Origin: Eledone cirrhosa
Lineage: Eukaryota
DNA length: 64,000 bases
Direction of reading: 5' to 3'
Assembly (NCBI GenBank): GCA_964016885.1
Contig: OZ024742.1
Location: 320,664,001 to 320,728,000 of the forward strand
Below, piece after piece: positions 41,971 through 54,997 of this stretch. A program made the position numbers and the translations under genes. The notes beneath the pieces are model-generated. The model did not search any database, was not told where the DNA came from, and saw nothing but the letters and a program-made list of their open reading frames with translations. Numbering within the stretch: the first letter of the stretch is position 1; every line of letters begins with the position of its first letter.

Positions 41971-42370
41971 ATACCTTCCTGTCAGATGGTTGAACGTCTG
42001 AAAGTATATCCTTATGCACATTAACGGCTGAGCAGCCTAATTTGCATATCGAGTGAGTTAGTCGGCCGGGCGCACCGAAAACGATAAATGGAAAAGAATG
42101 AAACGAAGTTTCATTTCTCACTCTTAGTACGGCTAATACTTAAATGTAAGTATGTATGTATACGTACATACATATATGTATACAGACGTACAGTCATATG
42201 TATATATATATATATACATACATACATGCACACATATATATATGTACGTATGGGTTTACCGAACATCTATCATAATGTTCGGTTTGTTTTTAAACAAACA
42301 AACAGCCCGAATTACGCCGTACAGTGATCAGGCCACCATCGTCGCCTTTTTGTTCAACACTGACACAGGA

Positions 42371-42413
42371 ACGATGTACTAGTTTCAAGCTTATTAGCTA
42401 TCGTCAGCATCGT
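42371..42413 (-). ncRNA. Minimal type I hammerhead, copy 2
   Basis: ACGAUG-CUGACGA-U-AGCU aaua AGCU-U-GAAA-CUAG-UA-CAUCGU: 6-bp stem I, palindromic ACUAGU stem III, GUA site. Confidence 0.88.
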
Positions 42414-42470
42414 ATACCTTCCTGTCGTACTAAGAGTGAGAAATGAAATTTCGTTTTTTCATTCTTTTCC

Positions 42471-42647
<177 letters not shown>

Positions 42648-42735
42648 CCTGACTGTGTGGTTAAAGGTGTTCCATTCGCAACCACGTGATTGCGCGATAT
42701 TTTGGGTATGTGTTATCTTACTATAAACTTCGGGT

Positions 42736-42769
<34 letters not shown>

Positions 42770-42790
42770 ACCCGAAGCTAATAGTAAGAT

Positions 42791-42867
<77 letters not shown>

Positions 42868-42943
42868 GTACATTAACGGAGCCATAAACTCTCGCCATTC
42901 CCTGTAAATAGTGTGCTCAAAGGAGAGGAAATTCTGAGCACTT

Positions 42944-43254
42944 TAAAATACAATATGTTGAAAAGGTAACACACCAGAGAGATATATACAGTGCGCTATC
43001 AATAAAACAGGGAAAAACCACCAGTGTATGGAAGCTATAACCTATGAAAGGCAGAGTATAGACACGATAATTAAAAATATAAATTAATTCGTAAATAAAT
43101 ACCTCTATAACTATATAACACACGTACAAATCCAAAGATATGTTTCACCAGTAAGTTGTTCACAGTAAGTTGTTGACAGTAAGTTGTTGACAGAAATTAT
43201 TGATAGCGCACTGTATCTCTCTCTAGTGTGTTACCCTTTCAACATATTGTATTT

Positions 43255-43256
<2 letters not shown>
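42944..43256. repeat. Small element with about 60-bp inverted ends (PLE-like inversion or MITE)
   Basis: 42944-43005 is the reverse complement of 43197-43256. A 14-bp microduplication (ACAGTAAGTTGTTG-like, three copies) sits at the junction. Confidence 0.7.
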
Positions 43257-43344
<88 letters not shown>

Positions 43345-43349
<5 letters not shown>

Positions 43350-43541
43350 TTGTTTGACCTGTTTAGCTTGATTTGTTTTTTGGCTTAGGTGGTTAATACC
43401 TTCCGAACCACTTTTTCAGTTTGTATGGCGATTCAACATATTGTTTAGCTCTGGTTTTTTAACTATTGAGCGCTTGCCAGCATTTCTACGATTTTGCGTT
43501 TCGTTTCGCTTTTTCTACCAGCCGAAATACGATTCTCGCTG

Positions 43542-43546
<5 letters not shown>
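43345..43546 (-). repeat. Unclassified interspersed repeat (4321 family)
   Basis: Minus strand AGCGAGAATCGTATTTCGGC...CAAGCGCTCAATA..ACCAGAGCTA..GGTCAAACAAAA. Confidence 0.75.
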
Positions 43547-43637
<91 letters not shown>

Positions 43638-43728
43638 CGAAGGCAATGTGGTAAGGAACCAGGTGGACCATAACGCACCAAAGTACTCAATACTTAGGGT
43701 AGTAGAGTGGGTAATAGGAACCAGTAAG

Positions 43729-43822
43729 ACCCCGACGGCTGAGCTCAAGCCGTTTCGACGGCTAATTCTGAACTAAATGAAAATTTATCCTGGTATTTAA
43801 ATAGCCGAGCTTCTCAAGGGGT
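43729..43822 (-). ncRNA. Type I hammerhead, U3-A8 core (inverted-arm copy)
   Basis: ACCCC-UUGAGAA-G..CGGCUA/UAGCCG..C-GAAA-CGGCU ugagcuc AGCCG-UC-GGGGU. Confidence 0.75.
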
Positions 43823-44421
43823 AATTCCATATATGGTCAAAGTGATTGTCAAAAGTCAGTAATAATTCTGTGATTGCAAAGTAGTAGGGGAGATGGTGGC
43901 TAAACCTGCCAGTAGGAGAAAAAGGGGAGGGGGTGGAGTAGACCCAATCATGCGTTGGTAGTGCCAGCTACAGCTGGGCATGAGGTCAAAGAAGATACTG
44001 GGGAGGGGGAGGGGGAGGAAGTCGGAACGGTAGGTAGAACAATGAGGGGTAAAAATATATATATTAAAGAAAAAATACTGAGAGTGATGAAAAGCGAATA
44101 AGTGTAAAGAAAAAAAGTATAAAAGCAAGTTCTACGACCTAAGTCTCTAGCTATTGTTAGGCTAGATAAGTAAATAAATAAATAAAGAAATAAATAAAGA
44201 AAGAAATAAAGAAATAACGAAATAAGTAAATAAACTAGGTGGGACGGAATAGGCAAGGACCCTTTTAAGAGCTATAAGTACGTAAATCATACGGTGACGG
44301 GTCAACAAATGGGGCCAAAATACTAAAGAAACTACCACGAAATAAATAATAAAGGTTTCTATTCCGGGCACAATGCCAGCAACCACCCAGTGCAGCAAAG
44401 TAAACTAGTACGAGATAATAA

Positions 44422-45080
44422 CAAGGCTCATTGAAAAACACTTCCCACTACAACACCGCTACCACAACATAATTAACAAAAATACCATCAAACTCTCTTA
44501 CAGCACTACACCAAACTTCGCACAAAACATCGTCTCCTCTAACAACAAAAAACTCAACCCCGATGGCAGAAATAACCTAAATAGCAGTGGAGAGCCGACC
44601 AGGAGGTGCAACTGTCCGGATAGATCCATTTGCCCACTCGACAATAGATGCAGAGACCGTAATGTGATCTACCAGTGCAACGTGAGGACGGACACCTCCA
44701 ACAAAGCTTATATAGGACTAACCGCATGTGACTTCAAGACCCGGCTATACCAACATAGACATACCTTCCGAAACCCGGCCCGGCGTCACGCCACTACACT
44801 TTCGAGCCACATATGGGACCTCAAGGACAACAACATCACCTATGATCTCACTTGGAGATTACTGTCCAGAGCCAATTCTTACACGGGAGGACGCCATCCG
44901 TGCAATTTATGCTCGGAGGAAACTTTACAAATGCTGTTTTCGACGGACCAACTCCTAAACAAGAAAGATGAACTGGTTACTGCATGTAAACATAGATTGC
45001 GTAGGACTTACCTCGCCCTCAAACCCCATAATGACCCGGGGGTGGGGGTGGGTGGGGGGGGGGGTAGACTAGGGCTATAA
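44422..45080 (+). CDS. PLE GIY-YIG endonuclease (C-terminal fragment)
   Basis: RLIEKHFPLQHRYH..TIKLSYS..CNCPDRSICPLDNRC..VIYQC..YIGLT..FKTRLYQH..TTLSSHIW..CNLCSEE..LLNKKDEL..CKH. Confidence 0.9.
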
Positions 45081-46182
45081 CACCCCACTTGCCGATTTTG
45101 CAATGGGTAACCCCTGCTTCCCAAGGGAGACGTAAGATCTTCTTTTTATTCTTTTATCGCTTCCTTTATTTCCTTCTTCCCCCCATCCCTCCTTAGTCCT
45201 TCTACCCCAGTTCTTCTTCTTTGTCGGCGTCTTTTCTCGCCCACCCGAGGCTGCCCTTTGGCCCCTTGTAGCCTCAGTACCCCCACCCCCTCCGCTAGTC
45301 TATGATAGATTTGGCGGACTCAGCTTTTTATAGCAGTTGTGTTAGACCTCGGATACTTGCCCCCTTTTCCGACCGCTCCCACTATTTTCCGTGCCTTCTA
45401 TATTTCTTAGTGGCACTTATGCCTTATTTTCTCGTTTCAGTATTTCGTTCTTCTCTTTTCTTTTGGGCGGGGTGGATTCTGAATTTATTTTTCCGTATTC
45501 TACCTTTACTTCGTACGAACTTTCATGTAGCTTGTATAAGATCTTTTAGAGTTAGCATTAGTATATATTTTTTCGGGACTCAGAATTATTATCTCGTACT
45601 AGTTTACTTTGCTGCACTGGGTGGTTGCTGGCATTGTGCCCGGGATAGAAACCTTTATTATTTATTTCGTGGTAGTTTCTTTAGTATTTTGGCCCCATTT
45701 GTTGATCCGTCACCGTATGATTTACGTACTTATACCTCTTAAAAGGGTCCTTGCCTATTCCGTCCCACCTAGTTTATTTACTTATTTCGTTATTTCTTTA
45801 TTTCTTTCTTTATTTCTTTCTTTCTTTATTTATTTACTTATCTAGCCTAACAATAGCTAGAGACTTAGGTCGTAGAACTTGCTTTTATACTTTTTTCTTT
45901 ACACTTATTCGCTTTTCATCACTCTCAGTATTTTTTCTTTAATATATATATTTTTACCCCTCATTGTTCTACCTACCGTTCCGACTTCCTCCCCCTCCCC
46001 CTCCCCAGTATCTTCTTTGACCTCATGCCCAGCTGTAGCTGGCACTACCAACGCATGATTGGGTCTACTCCACCCCTCCCCTTTTTCTCCCACTGGCAGG
46101 TTTAGCCACCATCTCCCCTACTAATTTGCAATCACAGAATTACCACTGACTTTTGTCAATCACTTTGACCATATATGGAATT

Positions 46183-46276
46183 ACCCCTTGAGAAGCTCGG
46201 CTATTTAAATACCAGGATAAATTTTCATTTAGTCCAGAATTAGCTGTCGAAACGGCTTGAGCTCAGCCGTCGGGGT
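46183..46276 (+). ncRNA. Type I hammerhead, U3-A8 core, full stem III
   Basis: Stem I ACCCC/GGGGU, core UUGAGAA, stem II CGGCUA/UAGCUG, GAAA, stem III ACGGCU/AGCCGU, GUC site. Confidence 0.75.
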
Positions 46277-46286
46277 TTTACTGGTT

Positions 46287-46322
<36 letters not shown>

Positions 46323-47273
46323 AAGGTTCTCCCTTTCTCATGTTTGCAGACACTTTAGATATGATATTATACTACTATTAAATCTTTAAAAAAAAAACTA
46401 TATAGCTTGGATATTGGGCACTTTTAAGATCGCAAACAATTCACTTTTTTACTTTGAATCTGGTTCTTATCCTTATGATTCATGAAATTTGACTTGTATA
46501 TTTATAGTATATATGTATTACATGATCCTATTATAATAATTGATCTAAAACCTTAATTTTTAACAATATTATCAGTAACTTATTTATTGTATTGTATTAT
46601 GTTATATGTAACTGATAGATACCACACTTCCTTTGTTATATATATATTATATTTAGAATCTGTCCGGGTAATCACGGCCATTGCCAATATAGGTTTGTTA
46701 TTTTGATTGATTTATTACTTTAAATATATACACACACACTGTGTCGATTTATTACTTTAAATCGAAACAGGCAAACCATATTATTTTAAATTAGTATTTT
46801 TCAGCCTAGCTAACTTGGTCATTTGCAATTCGAACACATGTATACTTGTATCGGTGTTCATCCCTCTCATATATTCATTTGTATTACACGGCTCGGAAAT
46901 ATTCCCTTCTTTGAGCTATTTAATTGTAAGAGACTATTTCAAGTTTATAACTCAATATATGATATATGATATATATATGAATGTAAAAGGTAAACAGAAA
47001 TAACAACACAAACAGTGTACAGTATATGGAAGGAATATATTAGTTTAATGCTTGAAATAGCAGGATATATATACCCATATATGTGCATACATGCATACAT
47101 ACATACATACATACATACATACATACATACATACATACATACATACATACATACATACATACATACATACGTTCAGACGGAGAGCATAAATATTCATGAT
47201 GATTGTCACGTTTGTCTCCCCGTCAACAATTCTATTCTTTTCTTGGTCACATATGTATTATTCACGCCTATCT

Positions 47274-47344
<71 letters not shown>

Positions 47345-47832
47345 AATGAATAATAACAGGTAGACATCATAAAAAGGTAATTTATTCTGTGTGCTTACAA
47401 ATGTTTCCACGGTGGTTAAACAGCCTAGTTATGCGATGTGCAAATTTATAACTATTTGCAAAACTCAACTATCAAATGCTGTGACCACTGTATCCTCAGA
47501 ACAGAATGGTTAAAATATATAATGTAAATACCCTTAAGGGAAGTTATTGGGGAAGATAGTGTAGAGAAGGAAGAGAGAAAGAAGGGGAGAGGGAGAGAGA
47601 GAGATATGCAGGGGTTGGAGAAATGGGAGAGAGTGGTTTGTAGAATACAGATATCTTAATCAAAATGTTGTGGTAGAGGTTTTATTATACTGGTTACTCT
47701 CAAAGCGACAACCTTAAGCGATTCGTTGATAGTTAAGGTTGGAATTATTTATTGCCACAGAGGGAAGATTCCATAGATGTGGAGAGGGAGGGAGGTGGAC
47801 CGAGGGCGAGAGATAGAGAGAGAGAGAGAGAG

Positions 47833-47882
<50 letters not shown>

Positions 47883-48483
47883 TGAGAGGGGGAGAGAGGG
47901 AGAGAGAGGGGGGAATGGAAAGAGAGGAAGAGATAGAGATAGAGAGGGGACAGACGAAAGCTATGGGATGGGTGTACATTGAGTTCATAGTTGTAGGCTA
48001 CAAATTGCACTTAAGTATCCATTTATAGCGATAAGCAGGGTATTGTCTTGTAGTGTGGGGGATATAGTTAAGAAGTTGTTATTGAGAGAAAGTAGTTAGC
48101 GAGAAAGTAATGTTATAGTTACGGGTTCGAATGTTAAGTTATTTTATAGTGAAAGAATTTCGCCTTCATTTTGTGGTTGCAGTATAATGATCGTTCGATT
48201 CTGTCATTTAGTAATTTATTTGGGGATTTTAAGATGTAAAAGAGTTCAAGGTTACATAACCTGCAGTACTTCAATCCACTCCGATATGCACTAGCGCTGG
48301 AAAGTATATCCCATTTCAAGGTAAACTGTTGGTTGCGTTACAGAGTTGCCAGCTCTTGTTGGCGAGCGTGGTCACAAAACGGTGATTAGGATGTTTAATT
48401 GAGAATCGATGACGATACCAGCAAGATTTAAAGGAGGTAGTGGTAGACCCGATGTAATACCATTTCTGGTCGTTCGATTCAAC
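47345..48483 (-). mobile_element. Naiad-like PLE 3' remnant (frameshifted GIY-YIG + 3' UTR)
   Basis: YYIGSTTTSFK..H..TTLA..W / KWDIL..Y..CRLCNLE..LLN..CNH. HHR downstream, end abuts (TA)n. Confidence 0.85.
47384..47507 (-). ncRNA. Type I hammerhead with rod-like extended stem II
   Basis: AUUC-UGUU-CUGAGGA; stem II UACAGUGGU/ACCACCGUG, ACAGC/GCUGU, UAGUU/AACUA, UGCAAAU/AUUUGCA; GAAA-CAUUUG-UA; AGCA..GAAU. Confidence 0.75.
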
Positions 48484-48717
48484 ATTCGCCGAACCATGCC
48501 AGCTTTGCAATCAACAAATCCCAGGGTCAGACCCTAGCTGTTGCTGGTCTTCTTTTGGAAGAGTCATGTTTTTCACACGGGCAACTATACGTTGGCTGCT
48601 CAAGAGTGGGAAGCAAGACAAATCTCTTTGCATATGCCCGACACAGAAGAACAAGGAACATTGTGTACAAGGAGGTGCTACAATCATTGTTTAGGTAGAC
48701 GAGGCAACCCCCGGCAG

Positions 48718-48720
<3 letters not shown>
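48484..48720 (+). mobile_element. Helitron Pif1-helicase 3' fragment
   Basis: INKSQGQTLAVAGLLLEESCFSHGQLYVGCSRVG...NIVYKEVL. Inverted relative to 49388-49618. Confidence 0.85.
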
Positions 48721-49090
<370 letters not shown>

Positions 49091-49105
49091 TATAATATAT
49101 ATATA

Positions 49106-49850
49106 CTAGCAGAATGGCCCGACGTTGCTCGGACTTCTAAACATAGATTGGCATGTGTATCCCTCCTTTCTGAAACAGTACAGAGGAGTATGGAATACCT
49201 GGTCTTGGGGATGGTGTCTACATTTTGTGCTTAGGCAAATAATTTTCCATTAAGATTTTTCAAAAGTATGTAATTGTGTCTCTCTCTTTTTTGTTGTTGT
49301 TTTTGTTGCTGTTGGTGTGATAGCAGGCGTTGGTCGTACTACTAACACAGTCTCGTCCTTCTTCAGCCAATCGTGTATATCCCCTTCTGCCTCGTCAACC
49401 TAAACAATGATTGTAGCACCTCCTTGTACACAATGTTCCTTGTTCTTCCGTGTCGGGCATATGCAAAGAGATTTGTCTTGCTTCCCACTCTTGAGTAGCC
49501 AAAACGTATAGTTGCCCGTGTGAAAAACATGACTCTTCCAAAAGAAGACCAGCAACAGCCAGGGTCTGACCCTGGGATTTGTTGATAGACATTGCAAAGC
49601 TGACACGGTTCGGCGAATGGTTCGTTGGTTGTCTGTTTCAAGTGCTCTTCAGGTGGCAGTACGTTCAGCATCTTGCGACCGTCAAATAGCAGATTCCACT
49701 GACGATTCGTTTGCCCGTCTTGTTCCTTTTCTTGCCGCTTTCGCAGTATTTCGGCCAATGGAGTATCTCTTCCTTCGAGGCATGACCTAAAAGCAGGACG
49801 AAGTACACTAAGACGAGTAACTAGTAGAGTAAGGAGTAAACTCACCAGTG
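49106..49850 (-). mobile_element. Internally deleted Helitron with helicase C-terminus and 3' end
   Basis: FAMSINKSQGQTL..CFSHGQLYV (Pif1 motifs V-VI region). 3' hairpin CCGAGCAACGTCGG then CTAG|T at 49106. The 5' boundary is uncertain. Confidence 0.8.
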
Positions 49851-50069
49851 ATACATGTGATTTCCGAATCGTTGACTATGTAATTGCTGGCCTTGTGCCA
49901 AAAGTAGTGGAACTTTTTGGGTGGCATATCGGCAGTAACAATGACGATAAGCTGTCTGTGCTTTCGTGAAATAAATACATTTGTTTATATTCTGTTTTTG
50001 TGTATGCAAAAATATCTGTACACGAATATATAATTATATATATATATATATATTAAAATAACAGATTAA

Positions 50070-50120
50070 AGTTTAAGCAAAGAATCGCTGCTTTCACCCT
50101 TAACGGGATCTTCTGAAACT
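50070..50120 (-). ncRNA. Type I hammerhead candidate, U4A core variant
   Basis: AGUUU-CAGAAGA-U-CCC guuaa GGG-U-GAAA-GCA..UGC-UU-AAACU. The 3' portion of about 65 bp is repeated identically at 55668-55732. Confidence 0.55.
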
Positions 50121-50700
50121 AAAAAAATCAATCTGTGAACGCAGAAGTAAATATTTCGAAAAACGTTGCAACCGAAGGAAAACAGGAAGACGACACTTTG
50201 GTTCATGAAGACGTTCCCTGGCAATGAACGGAAATAGCGAAGATAATACGTCAGCAATGGGAACAATGTTTTCATAATGTCGTAATGCAGACAGCCAGAC
50301 ATACAGACATACAGACATACATACATTATAAGGGCGCGACGTTATAGCTATGTATCTATCTTAAAAGACAGACTAAGAAAGCGAGAGAGATCGCTAACCG
50401 GCGCCTAGCACCCCTTTAACAACAGAAAATTGAAAAGTAAAAGCTGCAGTTAATATCTTTACACCGCAAGGAATATATAAATGCAAGTTTGAAGTCAATC
50501 GGAGTAGAAATTTGTATAGACTTTGCAAAAATTAGTGGATCACCCTGCCTATCACATCATGTCTCCAGCCATTAAACATTTGACTTATTTATTATATTTT
50601 ATTTTACATTACTCCGGAGTAACCAAACCAACGTGCGCACTTCGTCGAGTGCTCCAATCTGCATACTGAGATGTTGGTATACAACCAACATATACTCAAA

Positions 50701-50774
<74 letters not shown>

Positions 50775-51255
50775 CTGCTCCCCCGTTCTCTCTGTTTCTC
50801 TTACCTTCTTTCGCCCCCTCTGTCAGTTACACTTTCTCTCGACTGACCTCTTCCTCGCACTTCCACTCACTCACTCTCTGTTTCTCCCCTTCTCACTTCC
50901 TCCCGTTCACTAGTAGTGGGGTTCCTTCTTTCTCACACCGCATTCACGGCGTACGGTCTGCTTCTCTGACCGCTCATGAAATTCACCCAGCTTATGCTGA
51001 TCGGATAACCATCATGTTGCTTGCTGTTTTTCCAACCTTCGGTTTGCTTTTCTTTTATGTTGTTTACTTGTCTCACTCGCTTTACGCGTTTCACTTGTCC
51101 CAATAGCTTATTTTAGTTATTGCTCGCACCAACCTGTGGTATCTGATTTTTAATGCGATGAAAAATACCAATGATGGTTGGCAAATCACTGATGAGGGAC
51201 TAATTTTATAATATGTAATCCATGTGCAACCATGCAGTATTCTTCTCCCCTTGTT

Positions 51256-51300
<45 letters not shown>

Positions 51301-51357
51301 CATACATACACACATATGTACATACGTACATACATACGTATATACATACTTATATCT

Positions 51358-51675
51358 TTTCTTCTTCTTCTTCTTCTTCTTCTTCTTCTTCTTCTTCTTC
51401 TTCTTCTTCTTCTTCTTCTTCTTCTTCTTCTTCTTCTTCTTCTTCTTCTTCTTCTTCTTCTTCTTCTTCTTCTTCTTCTTCTTCTTCTTCTTCTTCTTCT
51501 TCTTCTTCTTCTTCTTCTTCGCCCACTTATTCCCGAGAGGGTCTTCGTGGCAGAATCCTCAAAAACTCCTTCCAGCAGGTACTGTCAGAAGTAACCATCT
51601 CCAACTGATCCGGCTGGATTCCCAAGCGTGACCAGTGAAACTCGTGGATTTTATCCAACCATCTTGCTCGGCGTC
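51358..51675 (-). mobile_element. RTE LINE 3' end with long (GAA)n tail
   Basis: WSRLGIQPDQLEMVTSD..W..LPRRPS matches 6060-6160. About 160 bp of (TTC)n. Confidence 0.85.
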
Positions 51676-51874
51676 TACATATATAAAATGAAAATAGAGG
51701 CGAATATGTTGAGAATGATGGCTGAAAGGTGTATGGCCGTGATATCTTGAACATTCGAAATATGTAAATCGTTCTTAAGATTCAAAGGATGAACAATTGT
51801 ATAAGGGTCGGCGAAATTTCCTTTTCTTTACAACTTTACAATTGACCAATAACTGTCAAAAATAAACTCTCTCT

Positions 51875-51941
<67 letters not shown>

Positions 51942-52635
51942 TGTGGTGTGTGTGTATGAAGTTCCAGAAACCCATCAACATTTTTTATCGATTTCTATCA
52001 ATTCTAATCGACTCGAGTTGGTCCAGGTTAGTCTTCAACCTTTTTGTATTTGTCGTTGTTGTGGTATAAGTATGGCCACTGCATTTGGTTGTTTTTCTTG
52101 GGGTCACACCTTATAACTATTGTGTTTTACTCTGGACGATAAAGTTTAACTTTTCTATCCATTGAGTGCTTTGTAATTGCTTCAAACAACTCGATTACTA
52201 CCTCCTATATAGCAGCTACAACTTCGTTTCAAACCAATATTATATTACATTATATATAAAATAGCATAGTAGCTGCTATAAAAAGAAAATATTTTATTTC
52301 CTTGAATACTACGTTCTGTGAAACGATGCTTGAATCCTCGATTTTCCGTGACCTTCACACCGTTGGTTAAGTAATGCACCTCTCTAATGCCTGCTACCTT
52401 GGCGACTGCCTAGTTTGCCTTAATGGTAGCGCTGGTCCTATATTCAACCAGTCTGTTTCTAGTTCTCTATGCGATGCAATGAAATGCTTGCTTTTATTGT
52501 TATTCATTGTTGTTGTGTAACCTCAGGTCAGCTGACCTCTCTCACGTACGTATAGTCAGCCCGAAATACCTATTGGTTGTCTAGCATTTACTTTTGCTTT
52601 TTTTACCTTCTTTTGTTTTTCAAGTGAAAATGTAA

Positions 52636-52725
<90 letters not shown>

Positions 52726-53070
52726 GTGTGTGTGTGTGCGTGCGTGTGTGCGTGTGTGTGTTTGTGTGTGTGTTTGTGCTTCGGTTTTGCTGCTTTTGTT
52801 ATTGTTGTGGTTCCTTTCTCCTTTTCTCTATTTATTTCATTTCATTTTATTTATTTTATTGTATTGCATTTTATATTTTTGCTTTTATTTATTTATTTGT
52901 TTATTTGTTTATTTGTTTATTTATACATTATATGGTGAAGACTAAATCGTGTAAAGTATTTTAGTTTCTTCAGACGTTTGTCTGTTTCCCTCCTTTTGTT
53001 GTTGATCCACTCTCTCACTCTCTTTCTTATCATGTTATCAATTTCGCTATCTCCAGCCACTTTCCCAACG

Positions 53071-53143
<73 letters not shown>

Positions 53144-53159
53144 GTTTATCACTCTCCCC

Positions 53160-53191
<32 letters not shown>

Positions 53192-53375
53192 ATCTCCCAC
53201 TTTATCACACCCTTCTTCTCTCACTCACCCTCCAAGTTAGCTGTACTACCATTGAGCTAGGTCTTCGGTTTCAATAGACACACGTAGTTGACACCCTCCC
53301 CACCTCTACACACATGTAGGGCAAATATACACACATAGACGAAAACGCATAGGCACACATACACACACACACACA

Positions 53376-53424
<49 letters not shown>

Positions 53425-53440
53425 TATATATATATATATA

Positions 53441-53864
53441 TATATTGGTAAACGGAATAGAAAATGCTGACAAATTGTTCACAGTTGAAAAATGGTTTAA
53501 TTAGGAATAAAAGAGTATTAGTGATTGTATGGGTTAGTATTCAGTTGTGGTTTTAAGTTTTTAAGTTTTTACCGGTTGCGCATTTCTAAATGCTTTTCAA
53601 AAATAATTTTGAGATAGAGTGTCCGTGCTGTTTGCTCTGATCTCAGATCAGATCAGATCAGATCAGAGCAAACAGCACGGACACTCTATCTCAAAATTAT
53701 TTTTGAAAAGCATTTAGAAATGCGCAACCGGTAAAAACTTAAAAACTTAAAACCACAACTGAATACTAACCCATACAATCACTAATACTCTTTTATTCCT
53801 AATTAAACCATTTTTCAACTGTGAACAATTTGTCAGCATTTTCTATTCCGTTTACCAATATATA
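53441..53864. repeat. Perfect foldback with about 200-bp arms and a (GATCA)n spacer
   Basis: 53441-53642 is the reverse complement of 53661-53862. Spacer TCAGATCAGATCAGATCA. Confidence 0.95.
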
Positions 53865-54042
53865 ATAACTTGTGTGTTACACCTCTATTCTTTTAACAAT
53901 ATATATATATATATATTATAGTTTGATTTATACACGGAACACTGAGACATTGAGTCACCAGTTATAGCTTCACAACCATAATAAAGCATATATGACTCAA
54001 CACATGTATCGCGTTTCGTCTGTCATTCGTACACACAAAACC

Positions 54043-54149
<107 letters not shown>

Positions 54150-54334
54150 GTGTGTGTAGTGAGAGAATTAGCAAGAAGAAAAAAGTGCTTTTTTTCTTCT
54201 TGTTGACTCTCTCGCTATGCATATATACGTATTCAGGCGACCATTTTGAAATGTCTGCAGACACCTCCAAATGGACGCCTGAAGACGGTATGACTCATTA
54301 CCGATTACGATAATTCTAGTTAGATCATGAAACC

Positions 54335-54650
54335 TAATGCATGATTCCAAACTTCAGAATATCATCAACGGAGTTGGAGACCGGACACGTCTTCAGTCGG
54401 ATCTGCTCGCTGTTATCCAATGGGTGACAAAAATAATATGCGACTAAACGAAGATAAATTTGAATTCTTCTTCTTTGGAAAAGAGGATGCATTGAATTTA
54501 TCATATTTTCTTTCGTCAGGCGTAACTCTCGTGGCGTCAAACAACGCCAGAGACCTTGGAGTAATTGTTGACAAGAACTTAACCTGGAGTACTCACATAA
54601 ACAACAAAGTAGACTTGGCCTGCAGGATGTTCCTGGATTCTCAGGAGAAA
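54335..54650 (+). mobile_element. CR1/L2-like LINE RT fragment
   Basis: DSKL..LQSDLLAVIQW..NNMRLNEDKF..ARDLGVIVDKNLTWSTHI. Confidence 0.8.
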
Positions 54651-54854
54651 TTCACACCATGTAGATGAACATCGACGCTTGATGTTATTATACGCAAAGT
54701 CTATATATATGTTATAGGTTATTTTTGGCCCTAGTGTCTGGCCGTCTAAAACGGATAATGATCCGGATGTGACATGATCACTGCTTAAAACACCAACAGT
54801 GAGACTTACGCTTATCTATTATGCATAAACTTATTGTATATCCTTTAATATGCA

Positions 54855-54912
<58 letters not shown>

Positions 54913-54948
54913 AATTACATGAATCAAAGTTCTGTTTAAATCATTTAT

Positions 54949-54997
54949 TTGCTTACAATTGTTTCTTCCAAACCGAGGTTTGGAGTCTTCGAAGCAA
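54949..54997 (-). ncRNA. Minimal hammerhead candidate with altered core (UCGAAGA)
   Basis: UUGCU-UCGAAGA-C-UCCAAAC cucg GUUUGGA-A-GAAA-CAAUUG-UA-AGCAA, with palindromic stem III ACAAUUGU. Confidence 0.6.

Larger units (their letters stand above)
43638..46291 (+). mobile_element. Naiad-like PLE, heavily 5'-truncated, with about 707-bp inverted repeats, in (TA)n
   Basis: Arms at 43714-44421 and 45586-46291, GIY-YIG coding region between them, an HHR in each arm. Confidence 0.92.

Noticed and set aside
51185-51245. CTGATGAG..GCAA..GTA in the 5135/50770/61355 repeat family
   Set aside because: No stem I pairing could be found, so it is not called a ribozyme.
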